From positions 1-52,004 of the forward strand of contig JBIOYN010000289.1 of NCBI GenBank assembly GCA_044870155.1: a stretch of DNA of 52,004 nt, read 5' to 3'. Each line of letters opens with the position of its first letter. Within the stretch, counting starts at the first letter, position 1. Under the pieces are notes generated by a model, which saw only the letters and a program-made list of their open reading frames with translations, was not told the origin of the DNA and ran no database searches. Positions 27,443-36,765 of the stretch are shown piece after piece. Position numbers and translations under genes: made by a program. This stretch comes from Acidimicrobiia bacterium (GTDB lineage Bacteria > Actinomycetota > Acidimicrobiia > IMCC26256 > BP-133).

Positions 27443-28954
27443 GTGGCAAGTCCCCGCCATCGGGCTGTCCCGGCGGACGAGGGGCGCCAGTGGCTGCGGC
27501 TGGTCACCGAGGTCGTGGCCGGGTGGAGCTGGGGTGACCTCGACCGCCCCATCCCCGAGCGGCCGGCGTCCGGTCTGCCGCCTGAGCTGGTCGAGCTGCA
27601 CGCCGGCCTGGAGCTGACCCGCCAGGCCCTGCAGGCGGAGCGGAGCCGGACCCGGGGCCGCGAGGCGCTCGTCGACGCCCTCACCGGGCTGCCCAATCGG
27701 GCGCTGTTCCTCCGGATGGTCCAGCGGATGGTGGCCCGCCTCGAACGCCACGGCGGCACCGCCACGCTGGTCCTGCTCGACCTCGACAACTTCCGCCCCG
27801 TGAACGACGACCTCGGCCACGACGCCGGCGACCACCTGCTGATGGCGGTGGCGGACCGGCTGGCGGCCACCACCCGGGCCGACGACGCCATGGCCCGCCT
27901 GGGCGGCGACGAGTTCGCCGTCCTGGCCGAGGGCACGGGGTTGCAGAACGCCGGCCGTCTGGCCGAGCGCCTGCTCGCTTCCTTCGTCGCGCCCTTCGAC
28001 GTCGGCGGCCACGAGGTCACCCTCACCGCCAGCGCCGGCCTGGCCGCCGTCGAGGTGGGAGTGGACGCCACCGAGCTCCTGCGCCGGGGCGACGTGGCCC
28101 TGTACGTGGCCAAGCGCTCGGGCAAGGCCCGGGCCACCAGCTTCGAGCCCGCCATGGACGACTCGACCCGGGGCCGGCTCCGCCTGGAGGCCGACCTGCG
28201 GCGGGCCGTGGAGGGCGACGAGCTGCGCCTCCACTACCAGCCGCTGTTCGCTCTGGACTCGGGCCGGGTGGTGGCCCTGGAGGCGCTCCTGCGGTGGGAG
28301 CACCCGAACCGGGGCCTCCTGGCCCCGGGGGCGTTCATCGGCCTGGCCGAGGAGACCGGGCTCATCGTCCCCATCGGGGAGTGGGTCCTCCAGCGCGCCG
28401 CCACCGAACACGCCCGGCTCCGGGGCCGCTACGAGGGCGAGGTCGGCCTGCCCGTCCACATGAACGTCTCCGCCCGCCAGTTCCGGGACGCCGCCTTCGT
28501 CAGGGCGGTGGCCAGCATCGTGGACCGGTACCGGATCGCCCCGGGCGGTTTCGGCCTCGAGATCACCGAGTCCCTGGTCCTGGACGAGACCGAGCAGACC
28601 ATCGACCTCCTGGGCCGGCTGCGGAAACTCGGCGTCGTCATCTCCGTGGACGATTTCGGTGTCGGCTACTCCTCACTCACCTACCTGCGGCGCTTCCCCG
28701 TCGACGTCCTCAAGCTCGACCGGTCCTTCATCGAGCCCATCGCCGATCAGGTGGAGGCCCGGGCGGTGGTGAAGGCCGTCATCCGCCTCGGCCACGACCT
28801 CGGGCTCAGGGTGGTGGCCGAGGGCGTGGAGGACGAGGAGCAGCTGGGGTGGCTGCGGGAGTGGGGCTGTGACGCCGCCCAGGGCTTCCTCCTGGCGCGG
28901 CCCATGCCCGCCTCCGAGCTCGACGACTTCCTCGACGCCGCCATCCTGGGCTGA
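27443..28954 (+). CDS. GGDEF-EAL domain protein
   Basis: Intact RLGGDEF with I-site RADD 5 aa upstream. EAL-domain motifs LEALLRW, NVSARQF, EITES, DDFGVGYSSL, KLDRSF, EGVE, QGF. GTG start is uncertain. Confidence 0.9.
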   Translation: MASPRHRAVPADEGRQWLRLVTEVVAGWSWGDLDRPIPERPASGLPPELVELHAGLELTRQALQAERSRTRGREALVDALTGLPNRALFLRMVQRMVARLERHGGTATLVLLDLDNFRPVNDDLGHDAGDHLLMAVADRLAATTRADDAMARLGGDEFAVLAEGTGLQNAGRLAERLLASFVAPFDVGGHEVTLTASAGLAAVEVGVDATELLRRGDVALYVAKRSGKARATSFEPAMDDSTRGRLRLEADLRRAVEGDELRLHYQPLFALDSGRVVALEALLRWEHPNRGLLAPGAFIGLAEETGLIVPIGEWVLQRAATEHARLRGRYEGEVGLPVHMNVSARQFRDAAFVRAVASIVDRYRIAPGGFGLEITESLVLDETEQTIDLLGRLRKLGVVISVDDFGVGYSSLTYLRRFPVDVLKLDRSFIEPIADQVEARAVVKAVIRLGHDLGLRVVAEGVEDEEQLGWLREWGCDAAQGFLLARPMPASELDDFLDAAILG

Positions 28955-29002
28955 GCTGGCGGCGGCCGGGCCGGCCCCGCGTCCCTCAAGGCCGCCGCCA
29001 GC
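28955..29002 (+). terminator. 13-bp perfect-stem hairpin immediately after the GGDEF-EAL stop codon
   Basis: GCTGGCGGCGGCC (28955-28967) pairs with GGCCGCCGCCAGC (28990-29002) across a 22-nt loop. There is no U-tract. Confidence 0.4.
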
Positions 29003-29020
29003 GGTGCCGATGCAACATTT

Positions 29021-29596
29021 GTGCCACCCACGCCGAACACCCAGCGCGTCGGCGAGGGCTTCGATGACGTTCTGGCGGCGGCCCAGGCCGGTGCTGAGTG
29101 GGCCGTGGCCGTCCTCTACCGCTCGTTGCAGCCCCGCCTGCTGCGGTTTCTGCGCGCCCAGGCCCCGGCCCACGACGCCGAGGACATCGCCGCCCAGACC
29201 TGGCTGGAGGTGGCCAAGGGGCTGGGCCGGTTCTCCGGCGACGAGGACGGGTTCGGGGCATTTGTCTTCACCGTGGCCCGCCGGCGCCTCACCGACCACC
29301 GCCGGTCCGCCCGCCGCCGCCCCGTGGACCTCGTGGGCGACGATTCCCTGAGCGCCCTGCCCGGCGGCGGCGACCCCGAGACCGAGACCATGACCCGGCT
29401 GGAGGGCGAGGACGCCGCCCGCCGGCTGGCCGAGCTGCTGCCTCCCGAGCAGGCCGAGATCGTCCTGCTGCGGGTGGTGGCCGGCCTCACCGTCGACCAG
29501 GTGGCCGAGCTCCTCGGCCGCAAGCCCGGCACCGTCCGGGTGCTGCAGCACCGGGCCCTCCGGCGATTGGCCCGCCAGCTCGGCGACGAGGTGTAA
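29021..29596 (+). CDS. ECF-type RNA polymerase sigma-70 factor
   Basis: Region 2 (DAEDIAAQTWLEVAKGLGRF, FVFTVARRRLTDHRR) and region 4.2 HTH (LTVDQVAELLGRKPGTVRVLQHRALRRL). Confidence 0.85.
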   Translation: MPPTPNTQRVGEGFDDVLAAAQAGAEWAVAVLYRSLQPRLLRFLRAQAPAHDAEDIAAQTWLEVAKGLGRFSGDEDGFGAFVFTVARRRLTDHRRSARRRPVDLVGDDSLSALPGGGDPETETMTRLEGEDAARRLAELLPPEQAEIVLLRVVAGLTVDQVAELLGRKPGTVRVLQHRALRRLARQLGDEV

Positions 29597-29602
29597 CGCA
29601 CC

Positions 29603-30502
29603 ATGCCACGGCGGAGATATCACGGAGTGAACATGGACCGAAACCGACGCCCCCGCCCCGATTCGTCCACCGCTGACCGCCTCCTGGCGGGGCAGGTCGG
29701 CCCGGACGACGCGCCTCCCGGCTACCGCAAGGTGGCGACGCTGCTGGGTGAGGCGGGCGGCGGTTTCTCCGAGCCGGCCGTCGGCGCCGACGAGACCGCC
29801 CTGTTCGGGGTCATGGCCGCCGCCATCCAGGCCGCACCCGTCGCCCCCGCCCTCCCCGGAAGGAAGCGGATGCTGCGCAAGATTCTGGCCGCCAAGACCG
29901 TCGCCATCGCCTCCTTCCTGGCCCTGTCCGCCAGCGGCGCCGCCGCCGCCACCGGCAACCTCCCCGACGCCGCCCAGGACAAGGTGGCCAATGCCGCCAA
30001 GCACGTCGGGCTCAACCTTCCCTACGGCACCGAGCGGATCACCGAGGGCTGCAACACGAATGCCGAGACGGCCCTTCGCAACCGGGGCCAGTACCTGAAG
30101 TGGGTCCGCGAGAACGACCCCGCGCACCTCGACGCGGCCAAGGCCTCCAAGTGCGGCATGCCGGTCGTCTCCCAGGAGCACCCCGACGCCGACGAGGGCG
30201 AGTCCGGGAACAACGGCCAGGGCGGAACCAAGGGCAAGTCAGGCGAACCCCACGGCAAGCCCGAGAATCCCGGCCAGTCCGGTGACGACCACGGCGGTCC
30301 GGCCGAGAACCCGGCCGGTGCTGAGACTCCCGCCGGGAGCATCGAGACCGGTGACGACGCCAGCGGCGACGCCAACGAGGCGGGCTCCGGCCATGCCGAG
30401 CAGGGCGCGAACAACGGGGCGGACAACGCCGACCAGGGCTCGGGCAACGCCGGGGACCACCCCAGCGTGGGCGACCTGCCGGTGCCGGTTCCCGGCTCCT
30501 GA
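29603..30502 (+). CDS. putative anti-sigma factor-like single-pass membrane protein with acidic Gly/Asn-rich tail
   Basis: Lies immediately downstream of the ECF sigma gene. One TM segment (ILAAKTVAIASFLALSASGAAAA) and a low-complexity C-terminus. Alternative start is ATG at 29633, with GGAG upstream. The functional call rests on position only. Confidence 0.5.
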   Translation: MPRRRYHGVNMDRNRRPRPDSSTADRLLAGQVGPDDAPPGYRKVATLLGEAGGGFSEPAVGADETALFGVMAAAIQAAPVAPALPGRKRMLRKILAAKTVAIASFLALSASGAAAATGNLPDAAQDKVANAAKHVGLNLPYGTERITEGCNTNAETALRNRGQYLKWVRENDPAHLDAAKASKCGMPVVSQEHPDADEGESGNNGQGGTKGKSGEPHGKPENPGQSGDDHGGPAENPAGAETPAGSIETGDDASGDANEAGSGHAEQGANNGADNADQGSGNAGDHPSVGDLPVPVPGS

Positions 30503-30521
30503 CGCCGGGCCGCGACGCCAG

Positions 30522-32591
30522 TTAGGGCAGCGCCCGCCGGTGCGCCGGCCAGTACAGGAACGCCTCCCGCTCTGAGCGCGGACCCACCGGACCCGACACC
30601 GGGAAGGGGTCCTTGGGAATGGCGTACTTGAGGTCCCCGAGGGTCTCGTCGGCGACCCGCCGGAGGGCGGCCGCCTCGCTGTGGTCGTCGGCGGGCTCGG
30701 CCTGGCCCACGGCGATGTTCTCCCCGTCGTCGGGGAAGGGCTGGATGGCCTCGCTGTAGTCGCTGGCGTCGCCCATCCGGACGATCCGGGCCACCGAAGG
30801 GACGGCGCCCCGCAGGCTCTGCTTGATGAGGACCAGGTAGTAGTAGCCGGGCGGGGCGGCGACCCCGTCGGGCGGGGCGATCACCTCCAGGGTGGTGCTG
30901 CCCGTCCGGGTGTAGTCGAGCCGCAGCGCCCGCTGGTCGTTGTCGACGCCGTGCTGAGGTGAGGCGATGCGCAGCATCACCACGCCGGCGATGCTGTCCG
31001 GCTCGTCGGTGCGGATCCGGAACTTCTCCCCCCAGGCGATGCCGGCCTGGGCGTGGGTGATCACCGGCCGCGCCCCCCGGAAGAGGTAGCGGGGGCTGTA
31101 GATCTCGAAGCTGGGGTCGGGGTCGCGGTTGGAGAAGACCTCTCCCGTACTGCCCTGGGCCGCCTCCCCGGGGGACGGGGAGTGGCCGCCGAGGAGCACC
31201 CGCATGTCGGGGAGGAGCACGGCGGAGCTGTGGTAGTCCCGGTCCCGGGTGTGGTCGGCGACCTCGTTCCACTCCCGCTTGTACGGGTTGTACTGCTCGT
31301 CGGAATGCACGGCCACGCTGCTGCCCGGCGCCAGGACGTCGTCGGTGTCGGCCCCGCCGACCGCCAGCACGCTGCCGTCGGGAAGGATGACCCCGGAGGC
31401 GAAGGTGCGGGCCCGGTCCAGGTCACCGGTGTCGCTGTTGGCGATGTTGCCGCTCTTGTCCACGGTGGTGAGGTCGGCGTTGGCCACCGCCACCCCGGAC
31501 CCCGGCGAGGGGCCCAGGGTCCCGCCGAACGTGAGGATCGTCATCTGGTCGTAGGGGGGGTCCATCATGAGCGGCACCTGGGCGGCGCCGCTGCGGGCCC
31601 CGAGGTTGGGCCTGCTGGCCCGCTCCCACTGCTGGGTGGCGGGGTCGAAGAACTGCTGGAACCCGTAGAAGGCCTCGTCGGCGGACTGGCCGTGGGGCCC
31701 CCACATCTGGCCGGCGGCGTTGTAGAAGACCTTGTTGTTGGGGGTGAGGAAGAGGCGGGGTTGGAGCGGCAGGGTGGATTCCGAACCCGGGCCGGGGTGG
31801 TTCTCCGTCCACACGTCGGTGGCCGGGTCGTAGGTCTCGGTGATGCGCACCTGGCTGGACTGGGCGCCGTTCACCACCCGGCTGAGCCCGCCGGCGACCA
31901 GCACCTTGCCGTCAGCCAGGGTGACCGCCCCGCCGTACCAGCGGCCGTGGTTGAGGGCGCCCGCCACCTGCCAGCTGTTGGTCCGCCAGTCGAAGATCCG
32001 GGCGCTCTGGGAACCCTCGGGATCGAGCGCCCCTCCGCCCGGGACGCCCACGCCGGCGTCGGCCGGTGTGGCCGGCCCGGAGGAGGCGTTGCCCCCCACG
32101 GCCAGGACCCGCCCGTCGGCCAGGGCGACCAGGTCGGCGCACTGCAGCGACCCACCGGCGGGATCGGCTTCCACGCCGTCCCGGGAGGTGGGGGGCACGA
32201 TGAACTCGGGGCTGCCGCTGCGCAGATCGAGGACCCGGCTCTGGCCCGAGCCGTCGGGGGGGACGGACGCCTCGCCTTCCTGGGAGGGCCGGCTCTCCAC
32301 GCCGTCCACGTAGACCACCCGGCCGTCGGGGAGGACGGCCGCCCCCTTGGCCACCGGCTTGCAGCGGTCGCCGGCATCCCGGTCGGCGCCCTTCTGCCCG
32401 GGCGCGGTCGGGCACAGCGCCCCCTCCTCGAACGGCTCGCTCCACAAGCCCACGTTGTCGGGGGTGCCGCCCCGGGCCGAGCTCGGCGGCGCGGTGACGA
32501 AGACGAGGAGCGGGCAGGCGAGCACCAGGGCCCACCAACGGATTGCCGGCCGTCGTACGGGTGCCTTGGCCTGCCCCATTGCCTCCCTCAT
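30522..32591 (-). CDS. secreted copper-radical oxidase (galactose/glyoxal oxidase-like, kelch beta-propeller + DUF1929)
   Basis: Signal peptide from ATG at 32591. Candidate Cys-Tyr cofactor residues (LQCADLVALADGRV; GRWYGGAV). Cu ligands in RDYHSSAVLLPD and SPQHGVDNDQR. C-terminal EIYSPRYLF...RP E-set domain. The first 78 codons of the listed ORF are rejected. Confidence 0.85.
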   Translation of the reverse strand: MREAMGQAKAPVRRPAIRWWALVLACPLLVFVTAPPSSARGGTPDNVGLWSEPFEEGALCPTAPGQKGADRDAGDRCKPVAKGAAVLPDGRVVYVDGVESRPSQEGEASVPPDGSGQSRVLDLRSGSPEFIVPPTSRDGVEADPAGGSLQCADLVALADGRVLAVGGNASSGPATPADAGVGVPGGGALDPEGSQSARIFDWRTNSWQVAGALNHGRWYGGAVTLADGKVLVAGGLSRVVNGAQSSQVRITETYDPATDVWTENHPGPGSESTLPLQPRLFLTPNNKVFYNAAGQMWGPHGQSADEAFYGFQQFFDPATQQWERASRPNLGARSGAAQVPLMMDPPYDQMTILTFGGTLGPSPGSGVAVANADLTTVDKSGNIANSDTGDLDRARTFASGVILPDGSVLAVGGADTDDVLAPGSSVAVHSDEQYNPYKREWNEVADHTRDRDYHSSAVLLPDMRVLLGGHSPSPGEAAQGSTGEVFSNRDPDPSFEIYSPRYLFRGARPVITHAQAGIAWGEKFRIRTDEPDSIAGVVMLRIASPQHGVDNDQRALRLDYTRTGSTTLEVIAPPDGVAAPPGYYYLVLIKQSLRGAVPSVARIVRMGDASDYSEAIQPFPDDGENIAVGQAEPADDHSEAAALRRVADETLGDLKYAIPKDPFPVSGPVGPRSEREAFLYWPAHRRALP

Positions 32592-32717
32592 GCGTTCCCG
32601 GGCTGGGCGGATGCTACCCCGCCGCTCCCGGACGCACCTAGGCCACCAGGGTTCGTCCCCACCCTGCGGGCGAGCAAAACCGTTTGCCCGCCGGCGGGGA
32701 CGGGTAGCGCCCGGTCG

Positions 32718-33188
32718 ATGGCGGCCCCCGCCTTCCCGGCAGCGACGCGCGTCCGCCTGCGGCTCAAGGCCGGAGCCCTCTCCGTCACCGCCGGGGTGGC
32801 CCACGGGCTGGTGGCGCCCGAGCACCTGCGGGAGTGGTGGGGCTATGGCCTGTTCTTCGCCCTCGCCGCCCTGGGACAGGTGTTCTTCGGGGGCCTGCTC
32901 CTCACCTCGCCCTGGAGCTACGACGAGACCGGCGGCCGGGTGGCCGACGACGGCGCCGGAGGGGGAGGCGGCCGTCGGACCGAGCGGCTGGTGGCCCTGG
33001 TCGGGATCGTGGCCAACTCCGCCGTGATCGTGCTCTACGTGGTCACCCGCACGGTCGGGGTCCCTTTCCTGGGGCCGGCGGCGGGCGAGGTGGAGCCGCT
33101 GGGAGCGGGCGGGGTGGTCACCACGGCCCTCGAGGCGGTCCTGGTGGGGCTGCTCGTGGCCCTCCGGCGCCCGGTGCCCGGCCGATAG
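32718..33188 (+). CDS. hypothetical 4-TM membrane protein preceding ctaE
   Basis: 156 aa from ATG at 32718. High GC3 and hydrophobic segments. Ends 8 nt before ctaE. It is the C-terminal part of a 711-aa artefactual ORF. Confidence 0.55.
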   Translation: MAAPAFPAATRVRLRLKAGALSVTAGVAHGLVAPEHLREWWGYGLFFALAALGQVFFGGLLLTSPWSYDETGGRVADDGAGGGGGRRTERLVALVGIVANSAVIVLYVVTRTVGVPFLGPAAGEVEPLGAGGVVTTALEAVLVGLLVALRRPVPGR

Positions 33189-33196
33189 CGGGACCC

Positions 33197-33769
33197 ATGG
33201 CCCGGCCCGCGCATCCCACCTCCAGCCGGGTCCCGCTCCTCCCGCTCGGGACGGTGGTGTGGCTGACGTCGGAGGTCACGTTCTTCGGCTCGCTGTTCGC
33301 CGCCTATTTCACGCTCCGGGCCACCACCCCCGGCCCCTGGCCGCCGGCCGGCGTGGAGCTCGAGACCGCCTTCACCGGAATGGCCACCCTGCTGCTGGTC
33401 GCCTCCAGCGGGACGGTCCAGCTGGCGGTGCGGGCCATCGCCGCCGGGGACCGGGCCCGGTTCCGGCGCTGGCTGGCGCTGACCGCCACCCTGGCCCTGG
33501 TCTTCCTGGCCAACCAGGCCCGGGAGTGGTCGATGGCCGCCTTCGGACCCTCGTCGCATGGCTACGGCTCCGCCTTCTTCGTCATGACCGGCTTCCACGG
33601 CGCCCACGTGACCGGGGGCGTGATCGCCATGGCCGTGCTGCTGGGCCGCTCGGCCAGCGCCGGCTTCGGGGCCGAGGCCACCGACGCCGTCGAGGTCCTC
33701 TCCTACTACTGGCACTTCGTCGACGTGGTGTGGGTCGTGATGTTCGCCACGCTGTTCCTGTTCCCGTGA
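33197..33769 (+). CDS. ctaE: cytochrome c oxidase subunit III
   Basis: 190 aa. Contains FFVMTGFHGAHVTGG ... YYWHFVDVVWVVMF. Its position upstream of qcrCAB is typical of Actinomycetota. Confidence 0.9.
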   Translation: MARPAHPTSSRVPLLPLGTVVWLTSEVTFFGSLFAAYFTLRATTPGPWPPAGVELETAFTGMATLLLVASSGTVQLAVRAIAAGDRARFRRWLALTATLALVFLANQAREWSMAAFGPSSHGYGSAFFVMTGFHGAHVTGGVIAMAVLLGRSASAGFGAEATDAVEVLSYYWHFVDVVWVVMFATLFLFP

Positions 33770-34497
33770 CCGCCGTCCTCGCCCTGGTGGCCGGGCTGGT
33801 GACGCTCCTGGTGGCCCTGGGTGGCCCGGGGACGGCCGAGGCCCGGTCCACCGGCTCGGGTGCCGGCGACGGCCGGGTGCTCTACGAGACGGGCTGCTCG
33901 TCGTGCCACGGCCTGTCCGGCGATGGCACCCGCCTGGGGCCGCCCCTCGTGGGCGTGGGGGCGGCGGCGGTCGACTTCTATCTCTCCACCGGGCGGATGC
34001 CCCTGGACGAGCCCCGGGCCCAGGCGGTGCGCAAGCCCCCCGCCTACTCGTCCGAGGAGATCCGCCGGCTGACCGCCTACGTGGCCGCCTTCGGCCGAGG
34101 GGGCCCCGCCATCCCCGCCGTCTCCCCCGCGGCCGGCGACCTGGCCCGGGGCAACCAGCTCTACACCGCCAACTGCGCCGCCTGCCACAACTCGGCCGGC
34201 TCGGGCGGCGCCCTGGGCCAGGCCGTCTTCGCCCCCGGTGTCCGCCAGGCCACGGCCGTCCAGATCGCCGAGGCCATCCGGGTGGGCCCGGGAGACATGC
34301 CGGTGTTCGGCACCGACACCCTCGACAGCCACGAGGTCGACTCCGTCGTGCGCTACCTGCTCCACCTGCGCCTGGCCGACGACCGGGGCGGCGCCCCCCT
34401 CGGGCGCCTCGGGCCCGTCCCCGAAGGCATGGTGGCGTGGGTGGCCGGCCTCGGACCCATGCTGCTGGCCGCCTTCTGGATCGGAACCCGGCAATGA
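33766..34497 (+). CDS. qcrC: cytochrome bc1 complex diheme cytochrome c subunit
   Basis: Two CxxCH motifs (CSSCH, CAACH) and a C-terminal TM anchor. The GTG start overlaps the ctaE stop (GTGA). Confidence 0.9.
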   Translation: MTAVLALVAGLVTLLVALGGPGTAEARSTGSGAGDGRVLYETGCSSCHGLSGDGTRLGPPLVGVGAAAVDFYLSTGRMPLDEPRAQAVRKPPAYSSEEIRRLTAYVAAFGRGGPAIPAVSPAAGDLARGNQLYTANCAACHNSAGSGGALGQAVFAPGVRQATAVQIAEAIRVGPGDMPVFGTDTLDSHEVDSVVRYLLHLRLADDRGGAPLGRLGPVPEGMVAWVAGLGPMLLAAFWIGTRQ

Positions 34498-35357
34498 GGC
34501 CGGCGCGGCCGGGGACCGACGGCATGACCGAGCGGGGCATCGCTCTCGCCCTGGTGGCCGCCACCGCCGCCGCCCTCGGCCTCACCGCCGTGTACGTGGC
34601 CGGCGGCCAGCCCCAGCTGGAAGGCGCCCTCCTCGGGATCAGCCTGGGCGGCATCGGCATCGCCGTGCTCCTGTGGGCCCGGCACCTGTTCCCCGACGAG
34701 GAGGTGGTCGGTGAGCGCCCGCCGCTCGCCTCCCGGCCCGAGGACGTGGGCGCCTTCACCGCCAGCTTCGAGGCCGGCGAGCGCAGCTTCGCCCGCCGGC
34801 GCTTCCTGTCCCGGCTGCTGGGCACCAGCCTGGGGGCGCTGGGCCTGGCCGCCCTCTTCCCCCTCCGCTCCCTGGGGCCGAGCCCGGGGCGGGCGCTGTT
34901 CCGCACCTCCTGGCGGCGGGGCTCCCGGCTGGTGACGGAGGAGGGCCGCTTCGTGCGGCCCGACGACCTCGACGTGGGCGGCGTCCTCACCGTCTTCCCC
35001 GCCGGCCACGCCGACGCCGAGGACAGCGCCACCGTGCTCATCCGGGTGGAGCCCGAGCTGCTCCAGCTCCCGCCCGGGCGGGAGGGCTGGGCCCCCGACG
35101 GCCTGATCGCCTACTCCAAGATCTGCACCCACGTGGCCTGCCCCGTGGGCCTCTACCAGGAGACGGAGCACCGACTGCTGTGCCCCTGCCACCAGAGCAC
35201 CTTCGAGGTCCTCCACGGCGCCCGGCCCGTGTTCGGGCCCGCCACCCGACCCTTGCCCCAGCTGCCCCTGGCCATCGACGACGAGGGCTTCCTGGTGGCC
35301 CAGTCCGACTTCCCCGAACCCATCGGCCCCGCCTTCTGGGACCGGGAGCAGACCTGA
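34494..35357 (+). CDS. qcrA: cytochrome bc1 complex Rieske iron-sulfur subunit
   Basis: CTHVAC ... CPCHQS Rieske motifs and N-terminal TM helices. The ATG overlaps the qcrC stop (ATGA). Alternative start is at 34524. Confidence 0.9.
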   Translation: MRPARPGTDGMTERGIALALVAATAAALGLTAVYVAGGQPQLEGALLGISLGGIGIAVLLWARHLFPDEEVVGERPPLASRPEDVGAFTASFEAGERSFARRRFLSRLLGTSLGALGLAALFPLRSLGPSPGRALFRTSWRRGSRLVTEEGRFVRPDDLDVGGVLTVFPAGHADAEDSATVLIRVEPELLQLPPGREGWAPDGLIAYSKICTHVACPVGLYQETEHRLLCPCHQSTFEVLHGARPVFGPATRPLPQLPLAIDDEGFLVAQSDFPEPIGPAFWDREQT

Positions 35358-35361
35358 GCCG

Positions 35362-36765
35362 GTGGTGATCCGCCGCCTGGCCCGCGCTGTCGACGACCGC
35401 CTGGGGGCGGCCCGCTTCGCCAACGCCGCCGTCAACAAGATCTTCCCCGACCACTGGTCGTTCATGATCGGCGAGATCGCCCTCTACTGCTTCGTCGTCC
35501 TGGTGGCCACCGGGGTGTTCCTCACCTTCTTCTTCGAGGCGTCGTCGCGAGAGGTCGTCTACCACGGCCCCTACCAGGCGCTGCGGGGCGTGGAGATGTC
35601 CGCCGCCTACCGCTCCAGCCTCGAGCTCAGCTTCGAGGTGCGCGCCGGGCTGGTCATGCGCCAGATCCACCACTGGGCGGCGCTGGTGTTCCTGGCCGCC
35701 CTCGTCGTCCATCTCATGCGGGTGTTCTTCACCGGCGCCTTCCGCCGCCCCCGGGAGCTCAACTGGCTGGTGGGCGTGACCCTCCTGGTGCTGGCCATCG
35801 TCAACGGCTTCCTCGGCTACTCCCTGCTCGACGACCTCCTGTCGGGCACCGGCCTGCGGGTGGCGTGGTCCATCGCCCTGTCCGTGCCCGCGCTGGGCCC
35901 GGCGGTGGCCTTCGCCTTCTTCGGCGGCGAGTTCCCCGACCCCGCCACCATTCCCCGCTTCTTCGTGCTCCACGTCCTGTTGGTGCCCGCCCTGATCGTG
36001 GGGCTGCTCTCGGCCCACCTGGCCATGGTGTGGCGCCAGAAGCACACCCAGTTCAAGGGCCCGGGGCGCAGAGAGGACAACATCATCGGCTCGCGCCTGT
36101 GGCCCGCCTACGCCATGAAGTCCACCGGCCTGTTCCTGGTGGTGACGGCGGTGCTGTGCGCCCTGGGCGGCCTGGCCCAGATCAACCCCATCTGGATCTA
36201 CGGGCCTTTCCGCACCCAGTTGGCCACCACCGCGGCCACGTCGGCGTCCCAGCCCGACTGGTACATGGGCTGGGTCGACGGCGCCTTGCGGCTCATGCCC
36301 GCCTGGGAGATCCGGGCCTTCGGCTACACCGTGCCCAACCCCTTCTTCCCCGGCGTGCTCCTGCCCGGCCTGACCTTCGGCGCCATGTACCTGTGGCCCT
36401 TCCTGGAGGCCCGCTTCACCGGCGACCGGTCGGCTCACAACCTGTTGGACCGGCCCCGGGACGCTCCGCTGCGCTCGGCCGTGGGAACGTCGGTGTTCGC
36501 CTTCTACGTCGTGCTCTTCCTGGCCGGGAGCAACGACATCCTGGCCTCGCTCCTCCAGGTGGCGCCCGAGTCGATCACCACCGCCTTCCGGGTGCTGGTC
36601 TTCGTGCTGCCGGCGGGGGTGTTCTGGTTCACCCGCCGGGTGTGCCGGGAGCTGCGCCGGCGGGCGGACGGCGGCCCGCCCGAGCCGCCCGTCCACCGGG
36701 TGGTGCGGACGCCGGCGGGGGGCTACGGCGTCGAGGACCGCGTCGAGGCTGGCCCTGCCGCTTGA
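35362..36765 (+). CDS. qcrB: cytochrome bc1 complex cytochrome b subunit
   Basis: 467 aa. Cytochrome b N- and C-terminal helices (FPDHWSFMIGEIALYCF, RQIHHWAA, heme His residues). Confidence 0.9.
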   Translation: MVIRRLARAVDDRLGAARFANAAVNKIFPDHWSFMIGEIALYCFVVLVATGVFLTFFFEASSREVVYHGPYQALRGVEMSAAYRSSLELSFEVRAGLVMRQIHHWAALVFLAALVVHLMRVFFTGAFRRPRELNWLVGVTLLVLAIVNGFLGYSLLDDLLSGTGLRVAWSIALSVPALGPAVAFAFFGGEFPDPATIPRFFVLHVLLVPALIVGLLSAHLAMVWRQKHTQFKGPGRREDNIIGSRLWPAYAMKSTGLFLVVTAVLCALGGLAQINPIWIYGPFRTQLATTAATSASQPDWYMGWVDGALRLMPAWEIRAFGYTVPNPFFPGVLLPGLTFGAMYLWPFLEARFTGDRSAHNLLDRPRDAPLRSAVGTSVFAFYVVLFLAGSNDILASLLQVAPESITTAFRVLVFVLPAGVFWFTRRVCRELRRRADGGPPEPPVHRVVRTPAGGYGVEDRVEAGPAA

